Translations under genes and position numbers: made by a program
Shown: positions 27,961 through 37,128 of the stretch, piece by piece
Layout of the letters: every line of letters begins with the position of its first letter
Position numbering within the stretch: the first letter of the stretch is position 1
The notes under the pieces: generated by a model
What the model saw: the letters and a program-made list of their open reading frames with translations, nothing else
Database searches by the model: none
Told to the model about the DNA's origin: nothing
Assembly: GCA_902802355.1 (NCBI GenBank)
Contig: CADCLU010000005.1
Span: forward strand, 664-64,663
Origin: an uncultured Erysipelotrichaceae bacterium
GTDB taxonomy: Bacteria; Bacillota_I; Bacilli_A; RFN20; CAG-826
Direction: 5' to 3'
DNA length: 64,000 nt

Positions 27961-28288
27961 AAAATCTGAATTTGCTTTATTGCAAATCTCCTTTCATTTC
28001 AGGGCTAGATATTCCGTGCCTCTCGCCCTGAGAGGGGACGCGAAAGAAATAACTCCTGGCAAACGTGCGCTTGGTGCGCGTTGTCTATTTGTTTATCCAT
28101 GAGAATTATACGTCTAATTAATTTTTTTGAGTCCAAAATTATTGGTTATTTGCTGTTATGAAGCGATAATATCCTAGGTTTTATCGGCATTTTCATTATT
28201 TGTAAAATTTTGTATGTTTTATAGCGTTTTCTACTATTAACAAAAAGGCACTGGTGATTCAGTGCCTTCTTTGATGATTGATAAAAGT

Positions 28289-29356
28289 TTAGATATGACG
28301 CCTATTGATGCCGGTTTCTTCGTAGTACTTGTCTTTGTCGCTATACATCATGGCATCGGATTCTCTTAATAGTTCATCGATGTCTTTATTGCCATCGAGG
28401 TTAAGTCCATATCCGATGGCACAGGAGTATTTTGTCTCGCTGACGTTCTTTTTGATTCTTTCTATGAGGGCAAGAACTTCCTCTTCTTGGACCCTTCTAC
28501 AAACGATGATGAATTCATCTCCGCCGACACGGTATCCTGATTCCTTGCCTTTGAGGGCACGACGGAAGCATAAGGACAATGCTGAGAGGGCTTCATCCCC
28601 TGCGTCATGACCCTCGGTGTCATTGATGGCTTTGAGACCATTCATATCAATTGAGACGAGAGCGCTGATGCTCTTAGGGTCGCGGGAGATGTCCGCGAAA
28701 TAAGCATGACGATTGAGCAATCCCGTTAAAGAATCCTTCTTCGTTAGCTGTAAGACCGAGAATTCATAATACGCAAACAAAGCAATGGCGATAGACACAG
28801 AGAAGACCTTGGCATAATCGGCTTTGAAGATGAAAGGCAGGACGAGGCCCGATCCAAGAGCGAAAGCCATAAAGCCAATCGGGATCATCTCAATGAGCCT
28901 TTTGTTGCTTCTTCTAACGAGAAGGAAGATGAGGAGGACGCTATAGATGCCGACAAAGACATAAGGCGTGACCCAAAGAGGGCCTCTAACCATTTCGTTA
29001 TTCTCGTTGATGCTAGAGACGATGCCAGTGAAGATGGAGACGATATCAAGAATAAGAAGAGCGGAGGCTGGAAGATATATGAACCAGCGCATCTTCTTAA
29101 CAAGAGCGTGGGTGATAAGAGCGATGATGAATGGCGTTGCGCTATATCTAATCGCCATGAGGACGTTCCTAAGAGCAACGTTATCCGTCGAGAATTCGAT
29201 ATAGACGATAATCGACAAAATGAAAATAGAGACAATCAAAACGTATAGGCGGATGATAGACCTTTTCTCAAGGAAAACCGTGGTCGCCAAAGATATGGCA
29301 AAAGCCAAGAGGATAAGGATCAAGGCCCAGTTCTGGAGAAGATACTCTTTAAACAT
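28289..29356 (-). CDS. Membrane-bound diguanylate cyclase
   Basis: About 7 TM helices, then DSLTGLLNR, DMNGLKAINDTEGHDAGD and an intact GGDEF; no RxxD I-site. Confidence 0.92.
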   Translation of the reverse strand: MFKEYLLQNWALILILLAFAISLATTVFLEKRSIIRLYVLIVSIFILSIIVYIEFSTDNVALRNVLMAIRYSATPFIIALITHALVKKMRWFIYLPASALLILDIVSIFTGIVSSINENNEMVRGPLWVTPYVFVGIYSVLLIFLLVRRSNKRLIEMIPIGFMAFALGSGLVLPFIFKADYAKVFSVSIAIALFAYYEFSVLQLTKKDSLTGLLNRHAYFADISRDPKSISALVSIDMNGLKAINDTEGHDAGDEALSALSLCFRRALKGKESGYRVGGDEFIIVCRRVQEEEVLALIERIKKNVSETKYSCAIGYGLNLDGNKDIDELLRESDAMMYSDKDKYYEETGINRRHI

Positions 29357-29420
29357 ATGGGTTTTCTATATTTTCATTGTACAACAATACCGAAAAGAAT
29401 GTAGACATATGCACGCAAAG

Positions 29421-29449
29421 AAAAAGCGCGCCCCTTATGGAAGCGCGCC
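29421..29449 (-). terminator. Intrinsic terminator
   Basis: gcgcgc..gcgcgc hairpin with U-tract on the minus strand. Confidence 0.7.
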
Positions 29450-29463
29450 TTCAGTCGTTCGTT

Positions 29464-29535
29464 TTAAAGAGAAATGGTTACCGCAAGATAGACAATTGCG
29501 GTAAACGAAAGATTGATGATTGATGCAATTAGCAT
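29464..29535 (-). CDS. Putative 23-aa hydrophobic peptide MLIASIINLSFTAIVYLAVTISL
   Basis: ATG 10 nt after the upstream stop, weak AGGA SD, single TM-length hydrophobic run, followed by a terminator. Confidence 0.4.
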   Translation of the reverse strand: MLIASIINLSFTAIVYLAVTISL

Positions 29536-29545
29536 GTCTAAAGTC

Positions 29546-30619
29546 CTATTTGTTTTTATCGACGCCAACGGATTTCCTGGCTTTTTCAAAGAAAACAGCC
29601 TGGGAGAACGTGATGGCTGAGATAGCTGGGAAAAGAAGGCCAAGGGAGAATATGGTTACACCACGGCCTCTCTTTTTAAAAATCCCCTCGCGGTAGCCTT
29701 TATATGTCAGGTACTGTTTTGAATTGAACTCAAACGCGCAGATGCGGTCAGCTTTGGCATAACCTTCCCTTCTTGGTTTGCAATTATTTAGGTTTTCGAC
29801 ACGGATGGTGATCGTGTCGCCATAATCCAGGTCCGTGAAAATGGGACTAAGAATACGATCGACAACTTCGGAAGGCATTTGGTATTCGACGTCACTACCT
29901 TTGATATAGAAGAAATAATCGGGGGTGCGTCTATTTGTGAAGCTGACTGCTTCGAATTCTCCGGTGACGAGGACTGTGTCTTTCTCATAGACCGGCCTGT
30001 CAAAAGGGCTCAAAAATAACGAGAGGGTCATAACGGCCACGCCCAGTGCGAAGATAACGATTGAGTAAATCTTGTTTTTCTTCATCTTCTTTGGATCGTT
30101 CCAGAAGTATCTTGGGTCAACGAAATCCTCAACGACCGTTTCAGGGTCTTTTCTCTCGATGATCTTATCGAGGATAGGATCAACGCCAAAGAAAGCGGCC
30201 TTGCGTCCGTCTTTGAAATAGAAGGTGAAATCTAGAGGTCCACGGCGAATCTTCTTTATCTCGGATATCTTTCTTTTTCTCGTTTTGAAGAAAAGCCTTA
30301 CGTGGATCTCGTCTCCTTTGATGGCGACGAAGCCAAGGAGGACGAAAAAGAGCTGAATCGACCCAGCTAAGCCAATTACGGAGCCAAGGATGAAGAGAGG
30401 AGCCTGAATCGACCCATTCCTATCGAAAACCATAAGAATCGCGCATCCGGCCAAGCACGCTAGGCCAACGGCGGTAATTACGATCCCGGAGATCAAATGA
30501 TACCCAGTTGGTTTTGTCTTCAGTTCATAGGAAGCCTTATTTGGCAGCTTATAAAAAAGAAAACCCATCACGAGGATGAGAAGAATGACCGAAGCGACGA
30601 TTATAGATTGCAACAACAT
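29546..30619 (-). CDS. Hypothetical membrane protein
   Basis: 357-aa ORF with several TM segments; TATAAT 7 nt before the ATG. Confidence 0.75.
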   Translation of the reverse strand: MLLQSIIVASVILLILVMGFLFYKLPNKASYELKTKPTGYHLISGIVITAVGLACLAGCAILMVFDRNGSIQAPLFILGSVIGLAGSIQLFFVLLGFVAIKGDEIHVRLFFKTRKRKISEIKKIRRGPLDFTFYFKDGRKAAFFGVDPILDKIIERKDPETVVEDFVDPRYFWNDPKKMKKNKIYSIVIFALGVAVMTLSLFLSPFDRPVYEKDTVLVTGEFEAVSFTNRRTPDYFFYIKGSDVEYQMPSEVVDRILSPIFTDLDYGDTITIRVENLNNCKPRREGYAKADRICAFEFNSKQYLTYKGYREGIFKKRGRGVTIFSLGLLFPAISAITFSQAVFFEKARKSVGVDKNK

Positions 30620-30697
30620 GAGATAAATTATACGGAAAAGGGTTCATTTATAGCAAATGAAAAGGGCGTTTTCCCTAGCAAAACGCCCCTATTTTTA

Positions 30698-30985
30698 CTA
30701 TTTGAGGTCGGAGATGAGTTTCTCCACTACCTCTTTGATCTCGTCTGGGTCCTCGCTATCGACTGCGTACATCATCGATCCCCCAGGATAAGGGAGAGCC
30801 TCGCTAAAGCCATAACCCGAGAGGGATTTGGTCTTTTTGACGAGGAAGCGGTTGTCGTATATCCCTCCAAAGACCTTGCCGTCTTTATAGATGACATATT
30901 CGCCCATCATCTTGCGATAGGTGATGCCACTTACCTCATGAAGAAGGTCAAGGACATATAGAAGGAAATCGTTATCGGATGCCAT
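30698..30985 (-). CDS. TfoX/Sxy N-terminal domain protein
   Basis: RKMMGEY, GGIYDNRFLVK and PYPGG motifs. Confidence 0.85.
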   Translation of the reverse strand: MASDNDFLLYVLDLLHEVSGITYRKMMGEYVIYKDGKVFGGIYDNRFLVKKTKSLSGYGFSEALPYPGGSMMYAVDSEDPDEIKEVVEKLISDLK

Positions 30986-31008
30986 GCTTTAATGATAGCC
31001 GAAGCCAC

Positions 31009-31347
31009 TTATAGTTCCGAGTAGAAACCGCTTTTGCCGGTATCTTCTTTGTCGACTATTTCGAAGCTGGCGCCAAGACCTAAGATACAGCCGATCTTTT
31101 TGATCAGTATCCTCTTGTTTGGGTCATCGACGTCTTTGATGAAAGATTCCATATCCGAATTGTCGATGTGAAGATGGGTCATTGAACAAAGCCTTTCCTT
31201 GCCGAAGATCTTCTTCTTCACGAGGCAATCGACATAGGTCTCATTTGGGTCTTCGTAGAACTTCAAGATGATGTTGCCAAGGTTCCATTCTGGGGATTCT
31301 CCCAAGGTTATGGTTCCTTTATGGATGTTTGAGAAACAAGTGTTCAT
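31009..31347 (-). CDS. Hypothetical protein
   Basis: 112-aa ORF starting 5 nt after the upstream stop. Confidence 0.6.
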   Translation of the reverse strand: MNTCFSNIHKGTITLGESPEWNLGNIILKFYEDPNETYVDCLVKKKIFGKERLCSMTHLHIDNSDMESFIKDVDDPNKRILIKKIGCILGLGASFEIVDKEDTGKSGFYSEL

Positions 31348-31352
31348 GGTCG

Positions 31353-33044
31353 TTATTTAGCAAACAGCGATGAGAAATCGTAGGTGGATACAACCACATG
31401 TCTGAGAGAATCAACAATCATAGTTCTCTCATCAAGCACATAGAACTCATTACCTGCGATGGTGAACGAGTATTTCGACATGTATTGAAGCCTATTGGTC
31501 TCCTGTTCCGTCAAATAGCTGCCATCAGATTTGAAAAGAATTTTGTCGGCGTTTTGGAGGACTTTTGGCTCAAGATTTTTCCACAAAGGGGTCACGTTTA
31601 TTTCCGTGTGTCCATCCCTGAGGCGTTTATAGTTGTCGCTGTAACTCGTTGCGTAAGAATAGTCTTTGAAACAGTTGACCAAATAGAAAGAGGTGCCGTG
31701 TTCGAAGAATGGGCCATATTCATTCAACGTGTAAGTCTGGCTGCTGGTTTTGAAATTATGATGACCCGCTGGGTAGATGTCATTAACCAAAGCAGGATCA
31801 ATTGGGACGACTGTTCCTTCTAAAAGGTTGAAGCTAGTTTTAGTAGCCTCCCCTTCTTTAGCGACAGAGACATACATGAATGGATATTCCTCTTCGCTAA
31901 AAGCGTTGAAGTCTCCACCAGGAATATATTCGTGGGAGTACTCAATAAGCTCATTCTTGTTAAAGCTCCAACCCATCGTTTGCATTAGAGTCGGCATATC
32001 AGAACGATCTTCTAAGGTGTCGAAATCAAAATATATCTCGAATCCATAGCCTGAGACGCAGGCTTCAACGAAGTACGTTCCTTCTTCCATGCCTTGGATA
32101 GCGCCTTCAAAACTCACGATGACGTTGTCTTGGTGGTTGTTAGCGGCCGCTTGAACAAAAAGGCAGTCTCCATAATAACCGACAGGCAAATCGGTCAATA
32201 AATCATCGTAATTGCCGTTATTCCTGACGAGGTTCGTGGTGATGCAGTAGGCCTTATCCGCAGTTGCGTGTTCAACGACGAATGTGTTTTCTCTTTGCCC
32301 CGCCCTCATCGTGACTGGGGTTCTAGAGCTATCCGCCGTGGTAACGCTGAAATTGAAGGAGTCGGCGTTAAGGAAGTTTTGCCACTCAACGGTTATCGTT
32401 GGATTTGAATAATCCAAGATGCCTTTGCCAACCAAACGATTAAGCTTCAAAACGTTTTTGGAGTAGTAATAGTCAGTGTTGTATTTTTCAACGACGATCC
32501 GATGGTCTTCGAAATTCATCTCATAATCCCAAATTTTAGGATCGTCCAATCTGAATAGCTCTTTGTCATTGTGGTAATCGTATACGCGAACCCAAAAGCC
32601 GGCATTTTTCAAACTACGCCCATCAGCGGTCGTATAAATGAAATCAAGATAGCCGTCTTTATTGGCATCGGCCAAAAACAAAGAATCAAGCGTGCCTACA
32701 AAAGACTTGTCTTCACCCTTAACGTAAAGACTGCTCAAATACAAAGTGAAATCCTCATTCAGGCTATCGACCCTGAAAGAAAGGCCGCCGCTAGGGATTT
32801 GTTCATTCGCTTGCTTAATGACGATGACGCCGTTATCCATCTCGCGGACGCTGGCTTGTGGGAATTCGCTGCTAGAGGTCTCTGGAACGCTGGTTCCTCC
32901 TGAACAGGTTACAGATTGAGCACTACTAGAAGATTCAGGAACGCTTCCGAGAGAGTCATCAACTCTTGGCGTATCTTGGCAGCTGCTTAGCGCGAAAGCG
33001 CTGAGCATTGCGATGAATAACGATCTGTTCTTAATGCTTTTCAT
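31353..33044 (-). CDS. Hypothetical lipoprotein
   Basis: ATG 33044 with AGGAGG; ALSSC lipobox; Ser-rich repeat; DANKDGYLD Ca-binding-like loop. Confidence 0.75.
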   Translation of the reverse strand: MKSIKNRSLFIAMLSAFALSSCQDTPRVDDSLGSVPESSSSAQSVTCSGGTSVPETSSSEFPQASVREMDNGVIVIKQANEQIPSGGLSFRVDSLNEDFTLYLSSLYVKGEDKSFVGTLDSLFLADANKDGYLDFIYTTADGRSLKNAGFWVRVYDYHNDKELFRLDDPKIWDYEMNFEDHRIVVEKYNTDYYYSKNVLKLNRLVGKGILDYSNPTITVEWQNFLNADSFNFSVTTADSSRTPVTMRAGQRENTFVVEHATADKAYCITTNLVRNNGNYDDLLTDLPVGYYGDCLFVQAAANNHQDNVIVSFEGAIQGMEEGTYFVEACVSGYGFEIYFDFDTLEDRSDMPTLMQTMGWSFNKNELIEYSHEYIPGGDFNAFSEEEYPFMYVSVAKEGEATKTSFNLLEGTVVPIDPALVNDIYPAGHHNFKTSSQTYTLNEYGPFFEHGTSFYLVNCFKDYSYATSYSDNYKRLRDGHTEINVTPLWKNLEPKVLQNADKILFKSDGSYLTEQETNRLQYMSKYSFTIAGNEFYVLDERTMIVDSLRHVVVSTYDFSSLFAK

Positions 33045-33173
33045 ATAATGCCTCCTGTTTTTTCTATACCAATAAGACGGGGAAAAGCGGCAAAACCGCT
33101 CACCTTGGTCCACATAATTTCACAAGATAAGAAAAAAAGCACTTTGTATTTTCACAAAATGCCTGCTTTCGAT

Positions 33174-33247
33174 TGGTGCCCCGCCGCAGAGTCGAACTAC
33201 GAATTGATCCTTACCATGGATCTGTTATGCCGTTTAACTAGCGGGGC
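33174..33247 (-). tRNA. tRNA-Thr(GGT)
   Basis: Acceptor GCCCCGC/GCGGGGC; anticodon arm gatcc-atGGTaa-ggatc; GTTCGA T-loop; encoded CCA. Confidence 0.95.
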
Positions 33248-33296
33248 AGCGAGTAGAATTATAGTTTCTTAAGAAACAACGCGCAAGAGTTAATGA

Positions 33297-34589
33297 TTAA
33301 TTCGTTTCCTCCCCTATCAAATCATAGACCATCGCGCTGTTGATCATGACCTTGACGATATCGCCTTCGTGATGCTTTTTGGCGCTATAGAAATAGATGT
33401 TTCCGTCGATGTCATCTGGGGCATTCCAGTATGAGCGGAGAGTGTACATATCTCTCTTCTTGTCGTATCCCGTGACGATTCCTTCCATGACTTCACCGAT
33501 TCTTTCTTTGTTAAGACGATAGGAGATTTTCTTTGCAAGCTTCATGATCTCGTCTTTTCTCTTCTCGGCGGTCGCGTGCCTTACCTGATGAGGCATGTTG
33601 TACGCAGCGGTTCCTTCTTCTCTAGAGAAGGTGAAAACGCCAAGATGGTCAAAAGGAATCTCCTCTAAGAATCTCACCGTCTCATCGTGTTCCGTCTTGG
33701 TTTCGCCAGGGAAACCGGAGATGAGGGTGGTTCTAAGGACGGCTTTTGGCATCATGGTTTTGATCTTGCGGAAAAGGACTTTCATCTCCTCCACCGTTCC
33801 GTGTCTATTCATTAAGCGGAGCATTTTGTTGCTCGCGGTCTGAATCGGGACATCGAAATATGGGGCGATGGTTTTGGAGTTCTTGATGAAGCGGAGTTCC
33901 TCATCGGTGATCTCCTCTGGATACATATAAAGGACCTTGATGCTATAGAAGCCCATGTTGTCGAGGGCATGCATGAGTTTGACCATGTCCGGTCCGTCTT
34001 TGATGTCGCAGCCATAGTGCATCGGGTCTTGTGAGACGAGAGCGATTTCCTTAACGCCTTTCGCTTTGAGGATGAGGGCTTCAGCGACGATCTCCTCAAG
34101 CGGGCGGGACTTCATTCTTCCTCTGATATAAGGAATCGCGCAGAAAGAGCAGAAATTGTCGCAGCCATCGGAGATTCTAAGATACGCGAAATATGGAGCG
34201 GTCGAGATCATCCTTCTCATAGGGTTAAGTTGGATGATGCCTTTCTCCCCTAAAAGCTCCATGACGAGGAGATTCATCTTCGGATAGTCGCGAAGAGGGA
34301 CCCAAAGGTCGACCTCAGGGATGGCTTTCTTTAGCTCTTCGAGGCTACGTTCGACGAAGCAACCGGTGACGATGAGCTTGGCTTGTCTATGGGAGGCCAT
34401 CTCAAGGATGGTGTCTATTGCCTCTTTCTTGGCTGGTTCGATGAAGCCACAGGTATTGACGATGATGACATCGGCTTCTTCAGGGTTTGGGGTAATCTGA
34501 AAACGGTCTCCTGGGAAGGAGGCGAGCATCATCTCACTATCCACTAGGTTCTTAGCGCAGCCTAGGGAGACCATTCCGATTTTCTTCAT
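33297..34589 (-). CDS. rimO: Ribosomal protein S12 methylthiotransferase
   Basis: SLGCAKNLVDSE, NTCGFI, radical SAM CDNFCSFC, and TRAM segment APDDIDG. Confidence 0.95.
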   Translation of the reverse strand: MKKIGMVSLGCAKNLVDSEMMLASFPGDRFQITPNPEEADVIIVNTCGFIEPAKKEAIDTILEMASHRQAKLIVTGCFVERSLEELKKAIPEVDLWVPLRDYPKMNLLVMELLGEKGIIQLNPMRRMISTAPYFAYLRISDGCDNFCSFCAIPYIRGRMKSRPLEEIVAEALILKAKGVKEIALVSQDPMHYGCDIKDGPDMVKLMHALDNMGFYSIKVLYMYPEEITDEELRFIKNSKTIAPYFDVPIQTASNKMLRLMNRHGTVEEMKVLFRKIKTMMPKAVLRTTLISGFPGETKTEHDETVRFLEEIPFDHLGVFTFSREEGTAAYNMPHQVRHATAEKRKDEIMKLAKKISYRLNKERIGEVMEGIVTGYDKKRDMYTLRSYWNAPDDIDGNIYFYSAKKHHEGDIVKVMINSAMVYDLIGEETN

Positions 34590-34591
34590 GC

Positions 34592-36073
34592 TTAGTTAAG
34601 GGCTTCTTTGAGGAAGGCGTCATAGGCCTTCTGTGACTTCTCGTCTTCTTTGAAGACGGCAACGTTTTTAAGGATGTTGCGGCAGACTCTGTTGATGTAG
34701 GTGGCGACGTCTAAGGATGGGTTCTCTTTCATGGCGTTGATCATATCCTCGAAGAGAGCCATATCCGGGTACTCTTTGAGGTATTCCTCTTTGCTCATGT
34801 TGACGGATTTCTCCGCTTCGACCATCTGACGCTCTAAACGGGCTGGGAGGATGAACTGGCCAGCGCATTCGATGAGGCCGATGCCCTCCTTCTTGATAGC
34901 GTGATATTCGGGATGGGCGTGGAAAACGCCATCTGGATATTCTTTGGTTGTGATATTGCAGCGTAAGACGATGATGAGCTGATATTCGTCTCCGCGTTTT
35001 AGGGCGTAGGAGGTGACCGTGTTGTGCTTATTGCCTTCGCTTTCATGGATGATGCCAAGCTCTTCGTTGTCATAGGCTCTCCAGGCGTTAAGGATCTTCT
35101 CACCGAGGTCCATGATCTCTTCTTTGTCCTTTCCAGAGATGCGGATGGTGTTCGTGTAATAGTCCACTTTCGCGACTTTCGTGCCGGATTTGCTGGTGAA
35201 AATGACTTCTTTGTCTTTCGCGGCAAAGAGAGGAAGCACTGGCGATCCGCCTTGGAAATGCTCGTGATTTAAGATGGAACCACCGACGATTGGGAGGTCG
35301 CTGTTGCTGCCCATGAAGAAGACTGGGAACTGCTCGACGAAGGAAAGGAGACGGTCAAAGGTCTTCCTTTCGACTTTCATCGGGATATGGTCCTCCTTGA
35401 AGGCGATGCAATGGTTACGGAAATATCCGTATGGGGAATACTGGAGGTACCATCTCTCCCCTGCAAGGGTAAGAGGGACGTACCTGATGGTCATTCTGGC
35501 GGCGTGTTTGTCATCGCCATAATAGCCAAGGTTCTCAACGCAAAGAGCGCACTTCGGATAGTTCGTCGAAGCGGTCGTCAAGAGCTTAGCGATGTCTTTG
35601 TTGTTCTTCTCAGGTTTCGAGAGGTTGATGGAGACGCCGATATTTGGGCCGTCCTCGAAGGTGGCAATCCATTCTTTGTTGCGTTCCACTTTCGTCTTCT
35701 GGAAATAATAATTGCTCGTTCCAAGGGCTTTTAGGAACTGGAGAGCGGTCGTTGGGTCGGTTGCTTTGAATTCTTCGAAAGCGCCGTTAACGAGGCTTGG
35801 GAGAGGAGAGACGATGCCAAGAGCGAAGTCGGCTTTTCTTTCCGCTTCTTTCTCGTCGTCACCATTGAGAAGGCAATACTCGACGATCTCGGAAACGAGG
35901 TTGTCAGGGACTTCCATGTTCTCGATGTCTCTCTTATTGATCTCCCCTTCGTAAGGCTCAGTGGCCCCGAAGAAATGGAGAAGGATATTTTGGAGATAGA
36001 TCTTGTCGCTATCTAAAAGATAGAGATGCTTTTCGGCATAATAAATGAGTTCGGCGATTATCTTGCTAATCAT
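34592..36073 (-). CDS. galT: Galactose-1-phosphate uridylyltransferase (Firmicutes type)
   Basis: SINLSKPEK, YPKCALCVEN, GSNSDLPIVGGSILNHEHFQGG and IKKEGIGLIE motifs. Confidence 0.93.
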   Translation of the reverse strand: MISKIIAELIYYAEKHLYLLDSDKIYLQNILLHFFGATEPYEGEINKRDIENMEVPDNLVSEIVEYCLLNGDDEKEAERKADFALGIVSPLPSLVNGAFEEFKATDPTTALQFLKALGTSNYYFQKTKVERNKEWIATFEDGPNIGVSINLSKPEKNNKDIAKLLTTASTNYPKCALCVENLGYYGDDKHAARMTIRYVPLTLAGERWYLQYSPYGYFRNHCIAFKEDHIPMKVERKTFDRLLSFVEQFPVFFMGSNSDLPIVGGSILNHEHFQGGSPVLPLFAAKDKEVIFTSKSGTKVAKVDYYTNTIRISGKDKEEIMDLGEKILNAWRAYDNEELGIIHESEGNKHNTVTSYALKRGDEYQLIIVLRCNITTKEYPDGVFHAHPEYHAIKKEGIGLIECAGQFILPARLERQMVEAEKSVNMSKEEYLKEYPDMALFEDMINAMKENPSLDVATYINRVCRNILKNVAVFKEDEKSQKAYDAFLKEALN

Positions 36074-36099
36074 GATGGCGTACTCCTAATTGGATTTCG

Positions 36100-37128
36100 T
36101 TACTTGGTTTTGAAGACATAGGTGATCATATTGACCTGGACCCTTCCCTTCTTTTGGAAGGCTCCTGGCTTGATGACATCTAAGTCGTCGAAGCGGGGTT
36201 CTAAGGCTAAGCCCGAGTACATTTCCTCTTCGTTCCCGTTGGTGAGCATTCCACCCCCTGGGAAGTTATCAGCATAACATGTTATGGCTGGAAAAGTTGT
36301 AAAGATTTGCAAAGAAACGATAGGACTCTCGAGTGTCAGGAGAGGTTTTTCCATCACAGATTTGTCTTTGCGGTAGTCACTGCATCTTGCGTTAGTCCTA
36401 ATGAAAACATGGTCTAAACCATTGGTTGGAAGCTTTGCTAAATCTTTGTTTGGCAAGGCCTCATCGAGGGAAACGCCTTTGCGGAAATCGAGATTCGCTG
36501 GGACCTTGATGAACTCTTTGGCGACGCATCCCTCATCGAAAAGGGAGACGCGGTCCGCATCAAGGGTGAATCTATGATTCCTGATGTTTTTGTATCCGCC
36601 CAAATTGAAATAGGCGTGATTCGTTAGTCTTGTGTAGGTGTCTTTGGTTGGTTTGCCGGCGGTGAACTTGATGTCGATGACGTTCTCTTTCTTGTGGATG
36701 ATGTATCTCACGTTGATCATCTGCTCACCTGGAAGGCCTTCTTCACCGTCTTGGAGCATGTAGAAGAAATCCACCACCGCGCCTACTCTCTTTTCACGAA
36801 CATCATAAATCCATGGCTTGTAGCATAGAGCGTCTTTGCCAGTGTGAAGGGTGTTCTTCCCATCGTTTTGGTCGAGATGGTATTCCTGACCGCTGATCGT
36901 GATCTTCGCGTCTTTAACTCTGCCAGCGATTCTGCCGACGGTCTTGCCGAAGTAAGAACGGGTGTACATCCACTTCTCGAAGTCTTTGCAAGCGATGGTC
37001 ATCGGCTTGTCGTTGATTCTAATTTCGTAAATGGACGCGCCAAAATCGCAGAGGGTGACCTCCATGCCAGCGTCATTTCTAATGACGACCATGCGGCAAC
37101 GGCTATTCATCGTCTCGCCTATTTGCAT
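36100..37128 (-). CDS. galM: Aldose 1-epimerase (galactose mutarotase)
   Basis: YFGKTVGRIAGR, NTLHTG, TNHAYFNL and GLDH motifs. Confidence 0.88.
   Translation of the reverse strand: MQIGETMNSRCRMVVIRNDAGMEVTLCDFGASIYEIRINDKPMTIACKDFEKWMYTRSYFGKTVGRIAGRVKDAKITISGQEYHLDQNDGKNTLHTGKDALCYKPWIYDVREKRVGAVVDFFYMLQDGEEGLPGEQMINVRYIIHKKENVIDIKFTAGKPTKDTYTRLTNHAYFNLGGYKNIRNHRFTLDADRVSLFDEGCVAKEFIKVPANLDFRKGVSLDEALPNKDLAKLPTNGLDHVFIRTNARCSDYRKDKSVMEKPLLTLESPIVSLQIFTTFPAITCYADNFPGGGMLTNGNEEEMYSGLALEPRFDDLDVIKPGAFQKKGRVQVNMITYVFKTK

Noticed and set aside
28030-28070. c-di-GMP-I (GEMM) riboswitch fragments GGGACGCGAAAG and GGCAAAC
   Set aside because: They lie on the strand opposite the downstream gene and in reversed order relative to the consensus.
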